Of a stretch of 64,000 nucleotides of DNA, positions 22,401 through 35,986 are shown one piece after another. The DNA comes from Hormiphora californensis (lineage: Eukaryota > Animalia > Ctenophora), in NCBI GenBank assembly GCA_020137815.1, contig CM035359.1:4340001-4404000 (forward strand). The letters are read 5' to 3'. The notes below the pieces were generated by a model. The model was not told the origin of the DNA and did not search any database. It saw only the letters and a program-made list of their open reading frames with translations. The position numbers and the translations under genes were made by a program. Within the stretch, counting starts at the first letter, position 1, and every line of letters begins with the position of its first letter.

Positions 22401-25400
22401 ACGAAATAGAACCTCTTATTATTCATAGTTAGAACAGAAGATGAGGGGAAGAACCCAGTATTCCAGGTTCCTAAGTCGTCTTTAACAAACGAACAAACAC
22501 ACAGAACACTCCGTATTTTCCTAGTCTCAACTGCCAATTAATTCTTGGAAACCTTTTAAAAACAATTTCGTTGGTAAAATTTAATGATTTTTCTTTTGAA
22601 GATAGGGGAAGCTCTATGAAAAGTATTTGTCTTATTAAGTTGTGTTTTTATCTTCGTACACGGACACCATGGTCTTTTTGGTTGGTCCTATATGGTGCAC
22701 CATAGGACCAACCAAAAGAGACCGTTCCATAAAAATCTATGAAACCAAACCACCCACTCTACCCACAGACACCGCGTATTAAATAAACGGAATGGAACAA
22801 ATCCTTGTGTTTTAATAACGTACCTACTACAAAGTCAATATTAAGTTGAGCCGTATAAGTATCCACTTTCTGATTGACGGCTCGGCAGATGAGAGTGCCC
22901 ACATCACTTTCCCGAGCAGAAATAACACGAAGGACAGAGGTAACTTTGTTGGAAGTCGCCTGCTGGGTCACGGTATACCTGTGAAAAAGGGGATGAGCTA
23001 GGGGGTATTATATTAGTAGCTGCCCCATACACGATCAGAGGACGCACAGGAACACTGTGAGACAGCTGTATCAGAGTACCTCAGTATGGAGTGGCTTAGG
23101 GCTTAGGATATGGAGATAAGCACCCAGTTTACACAGTGATTGGGAGAGACCTCTGACTTTTTATAGAGTGGTGACAACTTATTCACGGATTTTAGAAATA
23201 CGGCACACGTGGAATCTGCTGAATCACAAGTAGACAACTAGGGAAAAAGAGAAATAATTCCCCCAGCAATGAAATTACCTATCATCATAAGACGCAGATA
23301 TCTCAGCACCATCTTTATACCACGTCACTACTGGGACAGGGTAGCCCAGCGCGATGCATGTTATCCAAATGTTCTGTGAGTAAACCGCCTCTGCAATATC
23401 CGGCCCCTCAATTGAAACTGGTAGGGTCATATCTGGAAAAAGTCGATGGGATAAGCTGAGAAAACAAGGTTAGCTTAGTAAAATGTTTCCAAGATCTCAG
23501 ATGCAGCTCTCGTGCTGCTCGCGGAATACACCGATCGAGCGGAGCGAGTTTTACACGTGTTAACTTACTCTTGACAGTAACTGACATGTAAGATTGTGTT
23601 ATCTCAAGGGTGTTATAACAAAAACATTGATACATCCCCGCCTCCGTCATTTCCAGCCCACTCATTATCAGACTGCCATCCTCTTGCTAGTGGGAGAGAG
23701 AGGAGGGGTTGTTGGGATATTAAATGGGAGAGGGGGGGGGGGGTGTTGGGATATTAGATTGGGGGGTGATGGAGGTTGTGGTGGGGGTGGGGTGGGGTGG
23801 GGTGGGGTGGTGTACTGGGGTGTTCCAGCCCATTCATTATCAGACTACCGTCTTCTTGCTAGTGAGGAAGGGGAGGATGTCGTGATATTGAATTGGGGGA
23901 TGGGTGTTGGGGTACTTGACAGATATTGGATCATCCAATCATTAATCTGGCTGTCATGTATTCCCATGTACCTGTAGCTTCAACTCTTGATATATCGAAA
24001 AAGGGGTGCCGAACCCGAATGATATAATATGATCATGGCACATACCTGAAATCGGTCTCCATCCACAATAGATTGCCCATCCCGTAACCAAAGAACAGAT
24101 GGTGGGGCGGTTGGATCTCCGCTAGTGTATGGGGTGCCTGCAAATAAGATTAAAATTGAAATGTGACCATGCATGCTATGTACTACTAATATGTATTGTT
24201 TAGTTGATATGGGCTGATGGTTTGAATAGCGCTACAATTGAGTAATTGATTCAGTGGATATTTGGTTTGCACTTTATATGGAGATCATGAGATAATGAAA
24301 CCAGCGAATTACCTGAGCATTGACAATCAAAAGTAAGGGGAGTAAGATGTTCCACAGTTTTAGCAGAGAGAACGGTATCAAATGCTATATCCTCTGAAAA
24401 TAAGTATTGATTAGAACCTATTTACTAATTATCTTTACCTAATCAAATAATTATAATTTACTGAATCAACCTCTCTCTCTTTACCGATAACATAAAGGCG
24501 GACGACGACAACTGCGCTATCCGTGTATACGTTGCTGTACTGGCCCCAGTATGTACCCCTGTCTTCTGTTTTAACGTTCCTAATTGAGATATCAGTTATA
24601 AACTAATAATAGTAATATTATGAATGGAGATATCAGAATCAAAATTATAACAGTCCGTCATACACATTTTTATATGGAATTTTGTGCTCGTATTTTCTGT
24701 CAGAATCTGTATAACACGCACGTGAATTTGAGCCGCGGCGCGGCGCATCTGCACGTGCGGGTTTTCAAGAGAGAGTGAGAGACAAACGTACAACGTTAAT
24801 GTGCGTCTCTCTCTTTAATCTCGCACGTGAATTTGAGCCGCGGCGCGGCGCATCTGCACGTGCGGTTCTTCCAGATAGAAATTCCAAATAGAAATCCAAG
24901 ATAGAAATTCCAAATAAAAATGTGTATGACGCCGTGTAATGCAGCTGTTGAATGTTGGTTTATCAATTGTACATACGATATGAGGAGTTGTCGGCCGTAG
25001 TCAGCGGTCGAGAACCGGCTCCCGGAAGAAGTATCAATCTCAGTTGACACACCCAAGGTCCATTTGTATTGGGGAACAGGCCAACCTATAACACACAAGT
25101 TAGCAACTTCATAACTATGTATCCGTCGAAGCTGAAGCTGAGTAGCGTCTAAATACAAGTTCCACAATCGATACAGTGTATGGGCCGTCGACGAAATTTT
25201 ATGGTTAGTTGCAATAGTTAATTTTCGAATGACGTCATTATATTTATTAATATCTATAGAAGTTAGGTTAGGGCTGTGACTGCTATATTTGGTTTAGCAG
25301 ATATAGTGCTCACTTGGTGACATAGACACTTGGCGCGACCGAGATTGCGGGGGTCGCGCCAGGTGTCTATGTCACCAAGTACTCACCTGTAGCCCCGGCT

Positions 25401-27494
25401 GTCAGAACAGCGTCATCTCCTTTCTTAACTAGCACATAATGGTCTTGCACGAACTTTTGGGCGTACGTTCCTTGCCCGTCCACTAAAAGATATGATTTAA
25501 ATTGAAATACATTTTGTTAGTGTATATTGCAATATAACTGTGAAGTAAATGTATAATGTATAATGTATAACTGTGAAGTAAATGTCTTGAATCTGTGATA
25601 CATTCAACTGTACAATATATACCTTGTATATCAATGGTTGCGGCACTGGTTTGTCTTCGCTCCGGGTTTGCATTAACGTTGACTGCTTCACAAGCGTAAT
25701 CACCACTGTTAGTTTTGGATGAAAGAGTTATTAAACTCAGAGAAATTATAATTAATTATAGTTAGTTAACCAAATTAAGTTAATTCTAATACCTGTCAGA
25801 TGTAGAAGGATTGAAAATGATGAGAGACCCATACTCCGATTCACTCTTGTACTCTTGAAACATGTTTTCCACCGACTGAGGAACAATGGATGAACAGTTG
25901 ATGATGGACGACTCAAAGTTTTAATCCAGGAAAAGACTTATTGATTATTGAAGAACAATGTTATGTTATACACAGCTGCAGCTGTGATCATAGTGTAGGG
26001 GTCAGCACACACCAAAGTTAAAATTAAAATCAAAATTAAAATTTTGACGTGTGCTGACCCTAAAAGTAGAACGGTATTCCGCGCCGTTGACTAATTTTGA
26101 TCATGATGTAACCAACAAGATACGCCTAGATGGCTGCAGCTTTTGTTCCAAAACCCTCGAAGTACGTTGTAAAGTAGGTACCCTACAGGAACCGACCGAA
26201 ACAAGTAAACACGTGTACTAAACAACCAATCAGAACTCGTTATTTAGGTCACGTGACTGGTTATCAGCCAATCAGGCACTAGTATTTCCTGATTCGGTCG
26301 GTTCCTGTCACTCACACTACGGTGAAGGTGTACTATACCTCAACAAGATTCCCATCCTTGTACCAGTTGATGGTAGCAGCGGGATTACTGGGCGGTGGTT
26401 GGCAGGGAATCTTCAGATAACTTTGCGAGTTTGTCACGGTTTGAGCTTCGGGGTAGTCCGCGAACTCAGATTCCAAATCTAAATGAAGCGTTAATTAACT
26501 GAGTTAATTAATGGTTGGTGGTCGTCACCACAAGGATAATTGCTGCAGTGAATATAACTTACTAAAGAGTAAAGTTACTATTTAAAACACTTGGTTACAA
26601 AGTCACCCCAGATATTACTATACGCGCGTTGAGGGCCGGTGACTTCGTAACCATGACAACTGTACTAACATGTAACAATAACGAGGGCCCCCTGACTGAC
26701 AAGACTGTAACCATATCCATCTGATAGTTGGCAGAAGTAGTACCCTCCCTCTTCCTTTTGGAGGTTTCCCAGAACTAGTGTACCACTCGTCCCTCCCGCC
26801 AAGGTAGTCCACGAACTGGGATAATGGGGCAATTATATAATTATATTTAGGTTAGGGATTAGATGAGAGGTTTTTAGTTAGGACACAACTACCTAATTAA
26901 CCTGCAGTTACCTTGTGCAGTTACCCTAACTAACTACCAAATTACAGGAGTGATTCCTATAGGAGTTTCTTACCCTAATATTCTTTTAATCACCTAATTA
27001 CCCTAATTACCCTAATTACCCTAACCTAATTACCCGCTAATTACCTGATAACAGGGGTGATATCGACAGTAAATAGCCAGGAAATGGTCGGAGTTCCGAT
27101 TGTGGCTGTTCCAGCACAAGACAGTGTAACAGAGCTACCCAACGTTGTCATGGTTTTACTCTTAGGTTGCACTGTTATCGTCATCTTTGGCTCTGAAATT
27201 TACCAAACTTGTTATTATTTAGTTTACCTATTACTAACTATTTAAGTTGAAGCAAATTGAATTATCAGAAGCCGGAAGCCTGTAACTATTGTTTATGAGT
27301 GGTACGAAAATGTGAATTAATGTGAACTCGTCTGTATCTCAAAAAATACCAGTAGTCCTATAGTTTCATTCAATACCTGGTTTTTCGCCTGACGGCAGCA
27401 GGAAATTGTCTGTAGCTGTAGACTTGACGGTTCTGCATTTCAGTATTGTCGGCAGGACAATAAAACATAAAAAGCAACCCAGCAATCGCTGCAT
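19457..27494 (-). CDS. Immunoglobulin-superfamily single-pass receptor / cell-adhesion molecule (signal peptide, 6 Ig domains, TM, ~145-aa tail), about 20 exons
   Basis: Exon 1 (27494-27377) reads MQRLLGCFLCFIVLP. Ig motifs: VTLSCAGT..ISW / GYYFC; IPCQPPPSNPAATINWYKDG / GDYACEAVN; GWPVPQYKW / DRGTYW; FDCQCSG..LWLRDG / GMYQC; ITCIALGYPVPVVTWYKDG / GTLICRAVN; YGYPTPNVTWYK / DQGLY. TM LLVGSAGGICGLFLVLSILILLYILF-RQKQKK at about 20276-20147. Last exon about 19864-19457. Confidence 0.88.
21520..22432 (+). CDS. Intronless rhodopsin-class (class A) GPCR nested antisense in an Ig-gene intron; one +1 frameshift near 21840
   Basis: TM1 GLSGN, TM2 NLAVAD, TM3 preceded by WC, HKM at the DRY position, TM6 FLTTW, TM7 NPILY. 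ORFs 21499..21936 and 21845..22432 join if one base is removed (HKMV.VLMPFR). Confidence 0.85.
24651..24936 (-). mobile_element. MITE, PIF/Harbinger-like (inverted copy of 3057-3340)
   Basis: TIRs with TAA on both flanks. Confidence 0.8.
25315..25378. mobile_element. 64-bp mini-MITE related to the 12743 element
   Basis: TIR TTGGTGACATAGACAC; flanks GTGCTCAC/GTACTCAC. A partial copy lies at about 6092-6121. Confidence 0.75.
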
Positions 27495-28214
27495 TTTCAA
27501 AAACAATAACAACTTCTAGACTACAACACTAAGAGGGATTTGTGTGTGTTAGAAAATGAAATTAGAGAGTAAGAGAAAGAGAGAGAGAAACAAACAAAAG
27601 CTTGTCCTGAGTACTGAAAGTGGACTTATTAAAACTGTAGATATCATCGAACTTTAAAGTGAGTTAATGATATTGATACATCATTGTCTAGATCTGTAGT
27701 TATACAAGATTCAAAGACCAAAGTATTCTACAATTTTTCACTAAAACTGAAGTGCAGGGCTCATTTTCATCAACAGACAGACAAGTTCAATGTCAACTCT
27801 AAAATTACGCCATGTAACAAAACAACAAACAGGTCTACTTTCTAGACGTGGCTAAGCTGTGGTCTAGACATCCTCCAGACATATATTGGTGGCGGAATTT
27901 TGAGAGATTTGATATTTATGGGTACTAGACGTTCCAGACGTTATATAGGACGTCTGGAACGTATACGTTTAGACGACGTCTACACCTCGACTCAAATACA
28001 CTACGTCTAGGCGACGCGTCTGCCGATTCCCTAAAACTGGTTTGGAATGTCCCAAAAATGAGATCATCGGACGAAGATGATTGAAAGATCAAGAAAGCAG
28101 TGATAGAGGGTGTGTGTGTTGAGCTGCAGCTGTGTTCGCTTAACAAGGAGAGCCAGAACACGTGATCCGAATACAAGCTGTGTGCTTGTGCTCTTTCTCT
28201 CTTCTTTCTTTCTT

Positions 28215-28385
<171 letters not shown>

Positions 28386-28829
28386 CTTCTATTCATCATT
28401 ACAGAATATCGTAAAGCTTTCTTTACTCTCTCACTGGAACGGTAATATAGCAAACAGCAGCTCTGGTAGTCGACAAGGTACGCAAATATGGATGTCGGAT
28501 GAAAACTATAAAGTACTGGAAAAAATATTATAAAGCAAAATGCAGGGAGGTCAAGTATATTAACATGCTAAAAACTCAGTCAAACTACGCAAATCCAGAG
28601 AGATCACTATACTGCACGCGTGTGTTGCTCATGGTGGCAGTTGATCGATTGACGCGATGATCTGACGCAGCTTTTGCACGTCATAAGAGATTTGAGAACG
28701 CAGGAGCGAGAGAAGGAGGGAGGGGAGGAGGAAAGAAGATTTTGAGCATGGTGAAGGATGGAAGGAAAATGTTAAAGAGAGTGAATTCATATTATCATGG
28801 CTCACAAAGATCACAGTGTACAAGGTGGG

Positions 28830-30375
28830 CCACGGATTGTTGGTCATGGTTAGCGAGTTGTGCCGTCAAAACGGTGATAGTTGTGAAAATAAAAATTACG
28901 GGAGCACTCTGGATCAATTCCTTGGTAACTTTTTCCATAATTTTTGTCAAAAATTCGAAAATTCATTTTTCATTCCTTCATTCATTTCTCGTTCATTCAT
29001 GATGTGAGCATCCTAATTTTCCATCATTATGCTATTTTTCTTTGGCTTGAATTTATCTTTCCAATGAGCACCATAAAAATGAAATTGAAGCACCAGGTCA
29101 CGCAGCAGTTGAGAAAATGTTCATGCATGATTTTGGCTCTTTTTGCGACTTTCAAACAGCTGTATCACGGCTACCTTTCGTTCAATCTTCTTAAAACTTT
29201 GGGAAAACATTGGATAAGCAAAGATCTTTGCTCACAAGAAAAATCAAGGTCAAAGGTCAAAGTTCATTTTTCATTTTTGTTAGTTCATTCCGTTCATTCA
29301 GGAACCAACATCCCTAAAGTGATGAAAAGGTTTGGGTTTTGTTTGGCCCATGTCTTGCAATGAGAGAGAGGTGTAATAGGGTGTTTCCGGGCTAGTTTGT
29401 GGGTGTCCATGTGATCATGATGATATCTGACACCTTTTCTGAGCCATAATTAAGGGATTTTCTCAAATTCAAGCATGTAACTTGGTTTTTCTGCGACTAG
29501 TACCGTGCAACAATGTTATGAGATCTCATAACACCTCAAAAATGATGATTAGCTCAATGAAATGAGTTGATTTATGATCAAAATTGTTCGTTTTGTTCAA
29601 TTTGACATCGATTTTAATCTTTTCAATCATAAATCAACTCATTTCATTGAGCTAATCATCATTTTTGATGTTTTATGAGATCTCATAACATTGTCGCACA
29701 GTACTAATCGCAGAAAAACCAAGTTGCATGCTTAAATTTGAGAAATTCCCTTAATTATGGCTCAGAAAAGGTGTCAGATACCATCATGATCACATGGACA
29801 CCTGCAAACTAGCCTGGAAACATGCTATTACACCTCTCTGTCATTGCAAGACATGGGCCAAACAAAACCCAAACCTTTTCATCACTTTAGGGATGTTGGT
29901 TCCTGAATGAACGGGATGAACTAACAAAAATGAAAAATGAACTTTGACCTTTGACCTTGATTTTTCTTGTGAGCAAAGATCTTTGCTTATCCAATGTTTT
30001 CCCAAAGTTTTAAGAAGATTGAACGAAAGGTAGCCGTGATACAGCTGTTTGAAAGTCGCAAAAAGAGCCAAAATCATGCATGAACATTTTCTCAACTGCT
30101 GCGTGACCTGGTGCTTCAATTTCATTTTTATGGTGCTCATTGGAAAGATAAATTCAAGCCAAAGAAAAATAGCATAATGATGGAAAATTAGGATGCTCAC
30201 ATCATGAATGAACGAGAAATGAATGAAGGAATGAAAAATGAATTTTCGAATTTTTGACAAAAAATTATGGAAAAAGTTACCAAGGAATTGATCCAGAGTG
30301 CTCCCATAATTTTTATTCTCACAACTATCACCGTTTTGCCGCACCACCTCGCTAACCATGACCAACAATCCGTGG
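28830..30375. mobile_element. 1.55-kb foldback element (~750-bp inverted arms, ~47-bp spacer)
   Basis: CCACGGATTGTTGGTCATGG...CCATGACCAACAATCCGTGG. Mirror-image ORFs 28944..29363(+) and 29841..30368(-) are almost identical. Confidence 0.92.
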
Positions 30376-31031
30376 TGTCATGCATGCGTAGTTTAATGAT
30401 CACAAAGTATACATGCAAGCTGTGCTGGTTGAATCAGTGTCAGGCAACCCAACAAGCTATACAACAAGCTGATAGAATGTACTGAACTCATCACCCGGTA
30501 TACCAAGTTGGCCAACAGTTGGCTCCATTGCAACCTATTCTCGCGCGACGTCGATCTCACTCAGGTATCAATGTGGCCAAGGCCAACAGCAGGTGGTAAA
30601 CGGGTAGAGACCGTTTCAGACGCATGTCTCTAGCCCGTCTGACTTTGCTCCGTCTAGACGCCGTCTGCGGCAAAAGAAGATTTACCACTCCAGCACAGCC
30701 TTTCTCGAGCCTCTCTCCCTACTATAGTTGTACAAAACACCCCTGACAGGGCCACATTTACCATTTTTCACTGAACATCAATAATTCAGCTACAAAAGTG
30801 ACAATTTCAAAAGTCATTTGATTTTGGGGAGCTGTTTGCTTGGCAATAAAATTTATTTGATTAACAAAATAGAAATTTACTCGACTTCAAAACAATACAA
30901 ATGTATACAAAGCTCACACAAAACACATAAACTATTAAGGCTCAATTTGAGCTAATTAATTCGCACACCGGTTAATAAATTAAATAAACATGTAATAATT
31001 AAAGTTTAAAAGTTAAAAAGTTAAAAATATT

Positions 31032-34000
31032 TTAGTTTTCTTCCACATTTGTCAGTTCTCTAGCCCCTTCAACTTGCTTGCTGGATGTGTGTTGAAGTTC
31101 AGGTCCTCCTATTTCTAATTTGTTAACTTTCTCCTTCGGTGCTGGTTTCTCCTTTTTTGGGTTTGCCGAAATACTTTGACGCACCTTCTTAAAGAAGCCC
31201 TCTTTCTTCTGGGGGCATCCAGACTGGTATCCACTGGTAACCCCGCTAATATTTGTTAACACGCTCTCAAAACTGGCACTGACATTAGCCGATTTTCCAT
31301 CTTTATCGTTCCCGGTGTAACTTTGAAGTAGCTCAACAGCAATGGTATGAAGGGCTTCCGTGTCGAATGTGAGTTGGGTAACGGATTGGATAAAATCCTT
31401 ATCTTCCGTGGGCATATTTTCTTTCGCCATGATTTCCAACTGAAGGTGAGAAGTTTATTAGGATGTGGGAATTTTCAGAATTGAGAACTCGAAACTTAAT
31501 TTAATGCTTAAAGATGGACATTGCATTGTCAGTGTGGACATTGTCAGTGTGTACCTTAGCAGCTAGAAGTGAGAGAATCTCCGTGTCGAGTTCAGCGATA
31601 GATTTTCTAGATGCTTCCCTCCGGTTACTTTCTGCAGAGAAAAGATTGGGATAAACCAAATGGGGAATTAATTGACGGAGTTTAAAAATGTTTCATAGAT
31701 TTCATCGTAAAATCGTAAAAATTTTACCTTCTATTTTAGCGATGGTGTGTGCCATACAAGCTTGACTTAGCTCTCTGTAAATCCTAATAAGGGAGAGGAA
31801 TGGGTTATAGATTGTGCAAACAATCCCTTATCCCAGAACAAATAAACAAATACTCGCGTCGCGTCTCGCTTTCATAAATTAAGAAATTAATAAATGTAAA
31901 AGCATAGAACTTACTTCTCGCATTTCTCTTTTGCCTCATTTTCGTATTTTAATTTCTTCTCTGGATCATTATCTTTTCCTTCAGGTACACAGACAATAGT
32001 GTACACTTTAGTCTCCGGTTGTGGAGTTGTATCCGTTGAGACGATGAAAAATTTGCAGGGGTCTTCAGATTTCGTAACGTACACGTTGTTGTCTTCAAAC
32101 GCTGCAGGTTCAGAGAAGGATTAGGTAATACATTATTATACTATATTATAATTTGTAGATGTCGCGTCGAAGTGGTGGTCGTTCGTTCAGTGCGTTTCTA
32201 CGCGACGGTGCAGTGCTCCTTCATAAAACACTTTATGTGACCAAAGCTGTAGCTGTAAAGCTGTTGCTCACACTTTTGGAACTTCCAGTGGAATTTTGTT
32301 AATATTTTCGAATGAATTTTAAGATGCCAGTATTCATGGTTACCAATTCAGTTGTTGCCTAGCTAGACTCTGTTTCGCCCATCCCGCCCGCGAAACAAAC
32401 ATGTAAAGGAGGGTTAGAACATAACCATTCAGTTGCCATGGCAACCGTGTTATTGACGTTGAAAGGGCGAAAAGAACCGCCCGGCGAAGCCGGGTGGGTT
32501 GTCAAAAAGCCCTTACTTGAGGCGCACCCAATGGGTGCGCTAGTATCATATATGATACAATAGGGGATATGTATAGGCCCGGATAGCGCGGAGAGTTGAC
32601 ATGATGTTTAGAGGCGGGGCTGTATCGAATGGGAAATCGAACGTGACCAGCTGATTCGATCTTCACCAAAATGGCCAAAGCTTACTGCAGTAACATACGG
32701 CGCAAGGTAGAACATTTAGAACAAGGCCTTTTCTGGGCGGGCCAAAAACATAATCTAAGCAGCACAGAGGGGGAGGTTGGGATCTAAACACTTGTTCAGC
32801 TAGTATCTTACCTATGCTTTGGACGTTGACTTCTGATTTCGTTTTGGATTTGCCTTTGGGTTTGGCTTCAGCTTCCTCACCTGCAGCACCAAGCTCAGCA
32901 TTGTACATTGTATTTTCATCACTGGGGAACAGCACGATATGTTGATCATACAGCAACACATTCACCTGCAGATAGATAGAGAATATTATACACAATTAGT
33001 GCAATTGTTGAAGTTTCAAATTTCCAGATTTTTGTAATCTCTGTTATAATACAAAACGACGAAGTTGAGAAAGGGGGGAGCTTAGCGCCATAGTGACCCA
33101 TACCCGGGCGGTATGACTCATACTATGAGGTTTGTGACCCAAAAAAACGACGAATATTGACCAAATCTAGAGAGGTGACGGCGCCACCAAGCATCTGTAC
33201 AATATAGCGTAGTAGTAAAATGTGTAACTTACATTCGTGTTAGTGTCTCCAAGTGTCGCCGAATAATTCATCTTACAGTCACCAGGTTTTAGAGACCCAG
33301 GATTTCCTTCTGGTTATCAACCAACCTCGGGCTGATTTCTCCACTCGTCCTTTGCTTTCCTCGCCCAAAGCGTGATCAACACTGATGAAAAAAAATCAAT
33401 TAGTTATCAGATATTTCATGTTAGAGGTATCTAGTATATCATTTAGTTTTAACGACACGATCGATTCAAGCAATTCCCTGCAGTACCTATAAAATTAAAT
33501 ATATAGTACAGTCGGACCCCGATTTAGTGGCATCCTCGGGGGAAAACAATCCTGCCACTAAATCGGGGTGCCACTAAATCGGGGTCAAATAATTTTAATT
33601 TCCTATATCGGGGGAAAAAAATCCTGCCACTAAATCGGGGTGCCACTAAATCGGGGGCCACTAAATCGGGGTCCGACTGTATATGATTTTGATCAGTAAT
33701 GTCAACTTACGATCGAGCTAACGCATCAGCCTTCGTCATGCATTCGGTTAAAAGGTCAAACTCGGCAGTACCTTTAGCTGTGTACTTGTGAACCTAAAGG
33801 AGACCATGATTAGTGATAAATGGCATGATTTAAAATATGATAAATGTTCATCTAATTCTGAGTCATTAGTTTTAATAAGTGACCACATGTACTTGTACCA
33901 AGCACTAATTTCATTCCAACGACCAACACTAACCGGTGTGATGACCATAATGTATCTAAAAGACTTCTGGAAAACACATGGTAGAAGATCCCTCAGGTTA

Positions 34001-35378
34001 TTCCTTTGGGCGTAGTTTTTTTTGGCATTCTTCTCGCATTCTTTTACCATTTCAGCAAATTTATCGTTTTTCATTTGCTCCTATAAAATGAGAATTTAGG
34101 CAATAGGTTTGTCATATTACAGCTTTTAAATATGTAAATGCAAATGTACCGGGACCTAGTCTGGGGTATTAAACTCACCGCGAGAAATGTAGTATTTCCA
34201 TTTGCACAAAACTTTATAAACTCAGAATTTAAAGCTGGTTGATTTATGAATTTTGCAATAACTTCAGCTAGTGCTAGGCCAGGATACTTTTTGGTCTCCG
34301 GGTCTACTAGCTTTAGCAAATCGTTCTTGAACGGCCCTGATAGTGATAAAATAAATTTTAGAAGATTAAATTATGTACATAGTATGACATGACGGATGCT
34401 CGGGTAAATCGGGGCCCGACTAAATGCAAATGACGAATAAAAAGAGCAAAAGGGAAGTATGTATGTATGTACATTACATACTACGTAATTTAATTATTGT
34501 CACTTACTGGTCAAATCGAGGAGTTCAGGAATGTTTGGGAAGATCCTATCGCAAACCTCCTTACTGATAATTTTTAACAGAGGTTCCTGATACACCTGCA
34601 GAATTAAAGTACAAAGTTAGTAGCTAAATTATATTATTAAATATTAATTATCATTATTAATTAATTATTAAACTATGTATGTACAGTCGGAGCCCGATTT
34701 ACCGGGATCCTTGGGGGAAAGGGTTTTGCCCGGTAAATCGGGGTGCCCGGTATATCGGGGTCAAATACCGTTATTTTCCCATATCGGGGGAAGTTTATCC
34801 TCACCCCTGTTACACTTCGCTTCATGATGAAGTATTAACGTTAAACTTACATGTTTCAGAATTAAAAGATTCTTAATAAATGTTCTCTCTGCGTTGACAA
34901 TCTCGTAAATAGCGTTTTGTTTATCACATTCTATCTTGTTTTCCCTACTTTCGGCCTTAAACGTATCCATCTCCTGCAATGAAGAAAAGTTATAACTAAA
35001 GTCGAAATTTGTACCTACTCTATCCAGACAGAGTTCAAACCTCGTCTTCGTCCGATTACCGTCCAGACTGAGACCCGTAGCATTGTATAAGCAACGACGT
35101 TTGACCCAGTCTATAACCCTTCTAAGCTTGATCAAACACGTTTTTACCCCGGGTCTCAAGCCATTTTCTGCCATTTGCATTTTAGCCAATTTTATCAAAA
35201 CCCGTCTAGACGGTATACCGTCTGGACACGGATGCTAGCAATTCAATTGCCCTAAAATTAATATAACGACAGAACTCACCTCCATCGATTTGAAGTAGAC
35301 ACTCGCCCATACTTTACAGTTGTGATGGTCAAAAGCCAGTTCAGCCTGAGCTTCAGGGTCGTTTACTATGGCTGACAT
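31032..35378 (-). CDS. Dbl-family RhoGEF (DH-PH), about 13 exons
   Basis: Exon 1 (35378-35280) reads MSAIVNDPEAQ.... DH motifs KQNAIYEIVNAERTFIKNLLILKH-VYQEPL, CDRIFPNIPELL and LRDLLPCVFQKSFRY. PH-like VNVLLYDQHIVLF and CKFFIVS..KVYTIVC. Last exon about 31439-31032. Apparent indels in the exon at about 33233-33382. Confidence 0.85.
33509..33679. mobile_element. Tc1/mariner-pogo-type MITE (TA-CAGTCGGACCCCGATTT...CTG-TA)
   Basis: TIRs with TA flanks. Relatives at 34684-34790, 54710-55006 and about 20015-20075. Confidence 0.8.
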
Positions 35379-35949
35379 GGTTACAAATAAATTAAATAAA
35401 ATCTAAACAATTAAAACTAAAATCACGGTACAAAGAAGTGAGACTGACTGGCAAGCAGCCGGTTTTACATGGTACTCCTTCATAAAACCAAATGTTCCAA
35501 GTCTCTTACCTCCCCACCTTGATCTCTATACTTCTGAGTTCTGACCTTGTCTTTCCTCGCCCGCAAAGTTATTTACAGGAAACTGCATGTACAGTGCGCG
35601 CGCGCGCGAACTCTGTTCCGTAACCGTAGATTCCCAAAGTGAAAATGTTGCCGCGCGTTACGTCTATGTTTTCTAGACGAAAACCTAGAGATCAGGCTGC
35701 AGCAGTACCACGGGCCTTGGTCAAATATAATAATGGATATTGCAGATTTCTTCAAAGAAAGTCAGTGAAAGAATTTGTTTGCAATTCTCACGATCCGTCA
35801 GAACCCATTTTCACAGATCGCGATCGGGTCAGTCGCCGCCAGACAGGTTTGTATGATGATGGATGACATGGACGCCCGATTTGCCAGACATCGATTTGAT
35901 TGAGGCAATTTTCGATTTGCCGCAAACAACGTCTAGACGGTGTAGCAAC

Positions 35950-35986
<37 letters not shown>

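Noticed and set aside
28944-30368. Two nearly identical ORFs on opposite strands
   Set aside because: Mirror images from the foldback arms; no recognisable domain.
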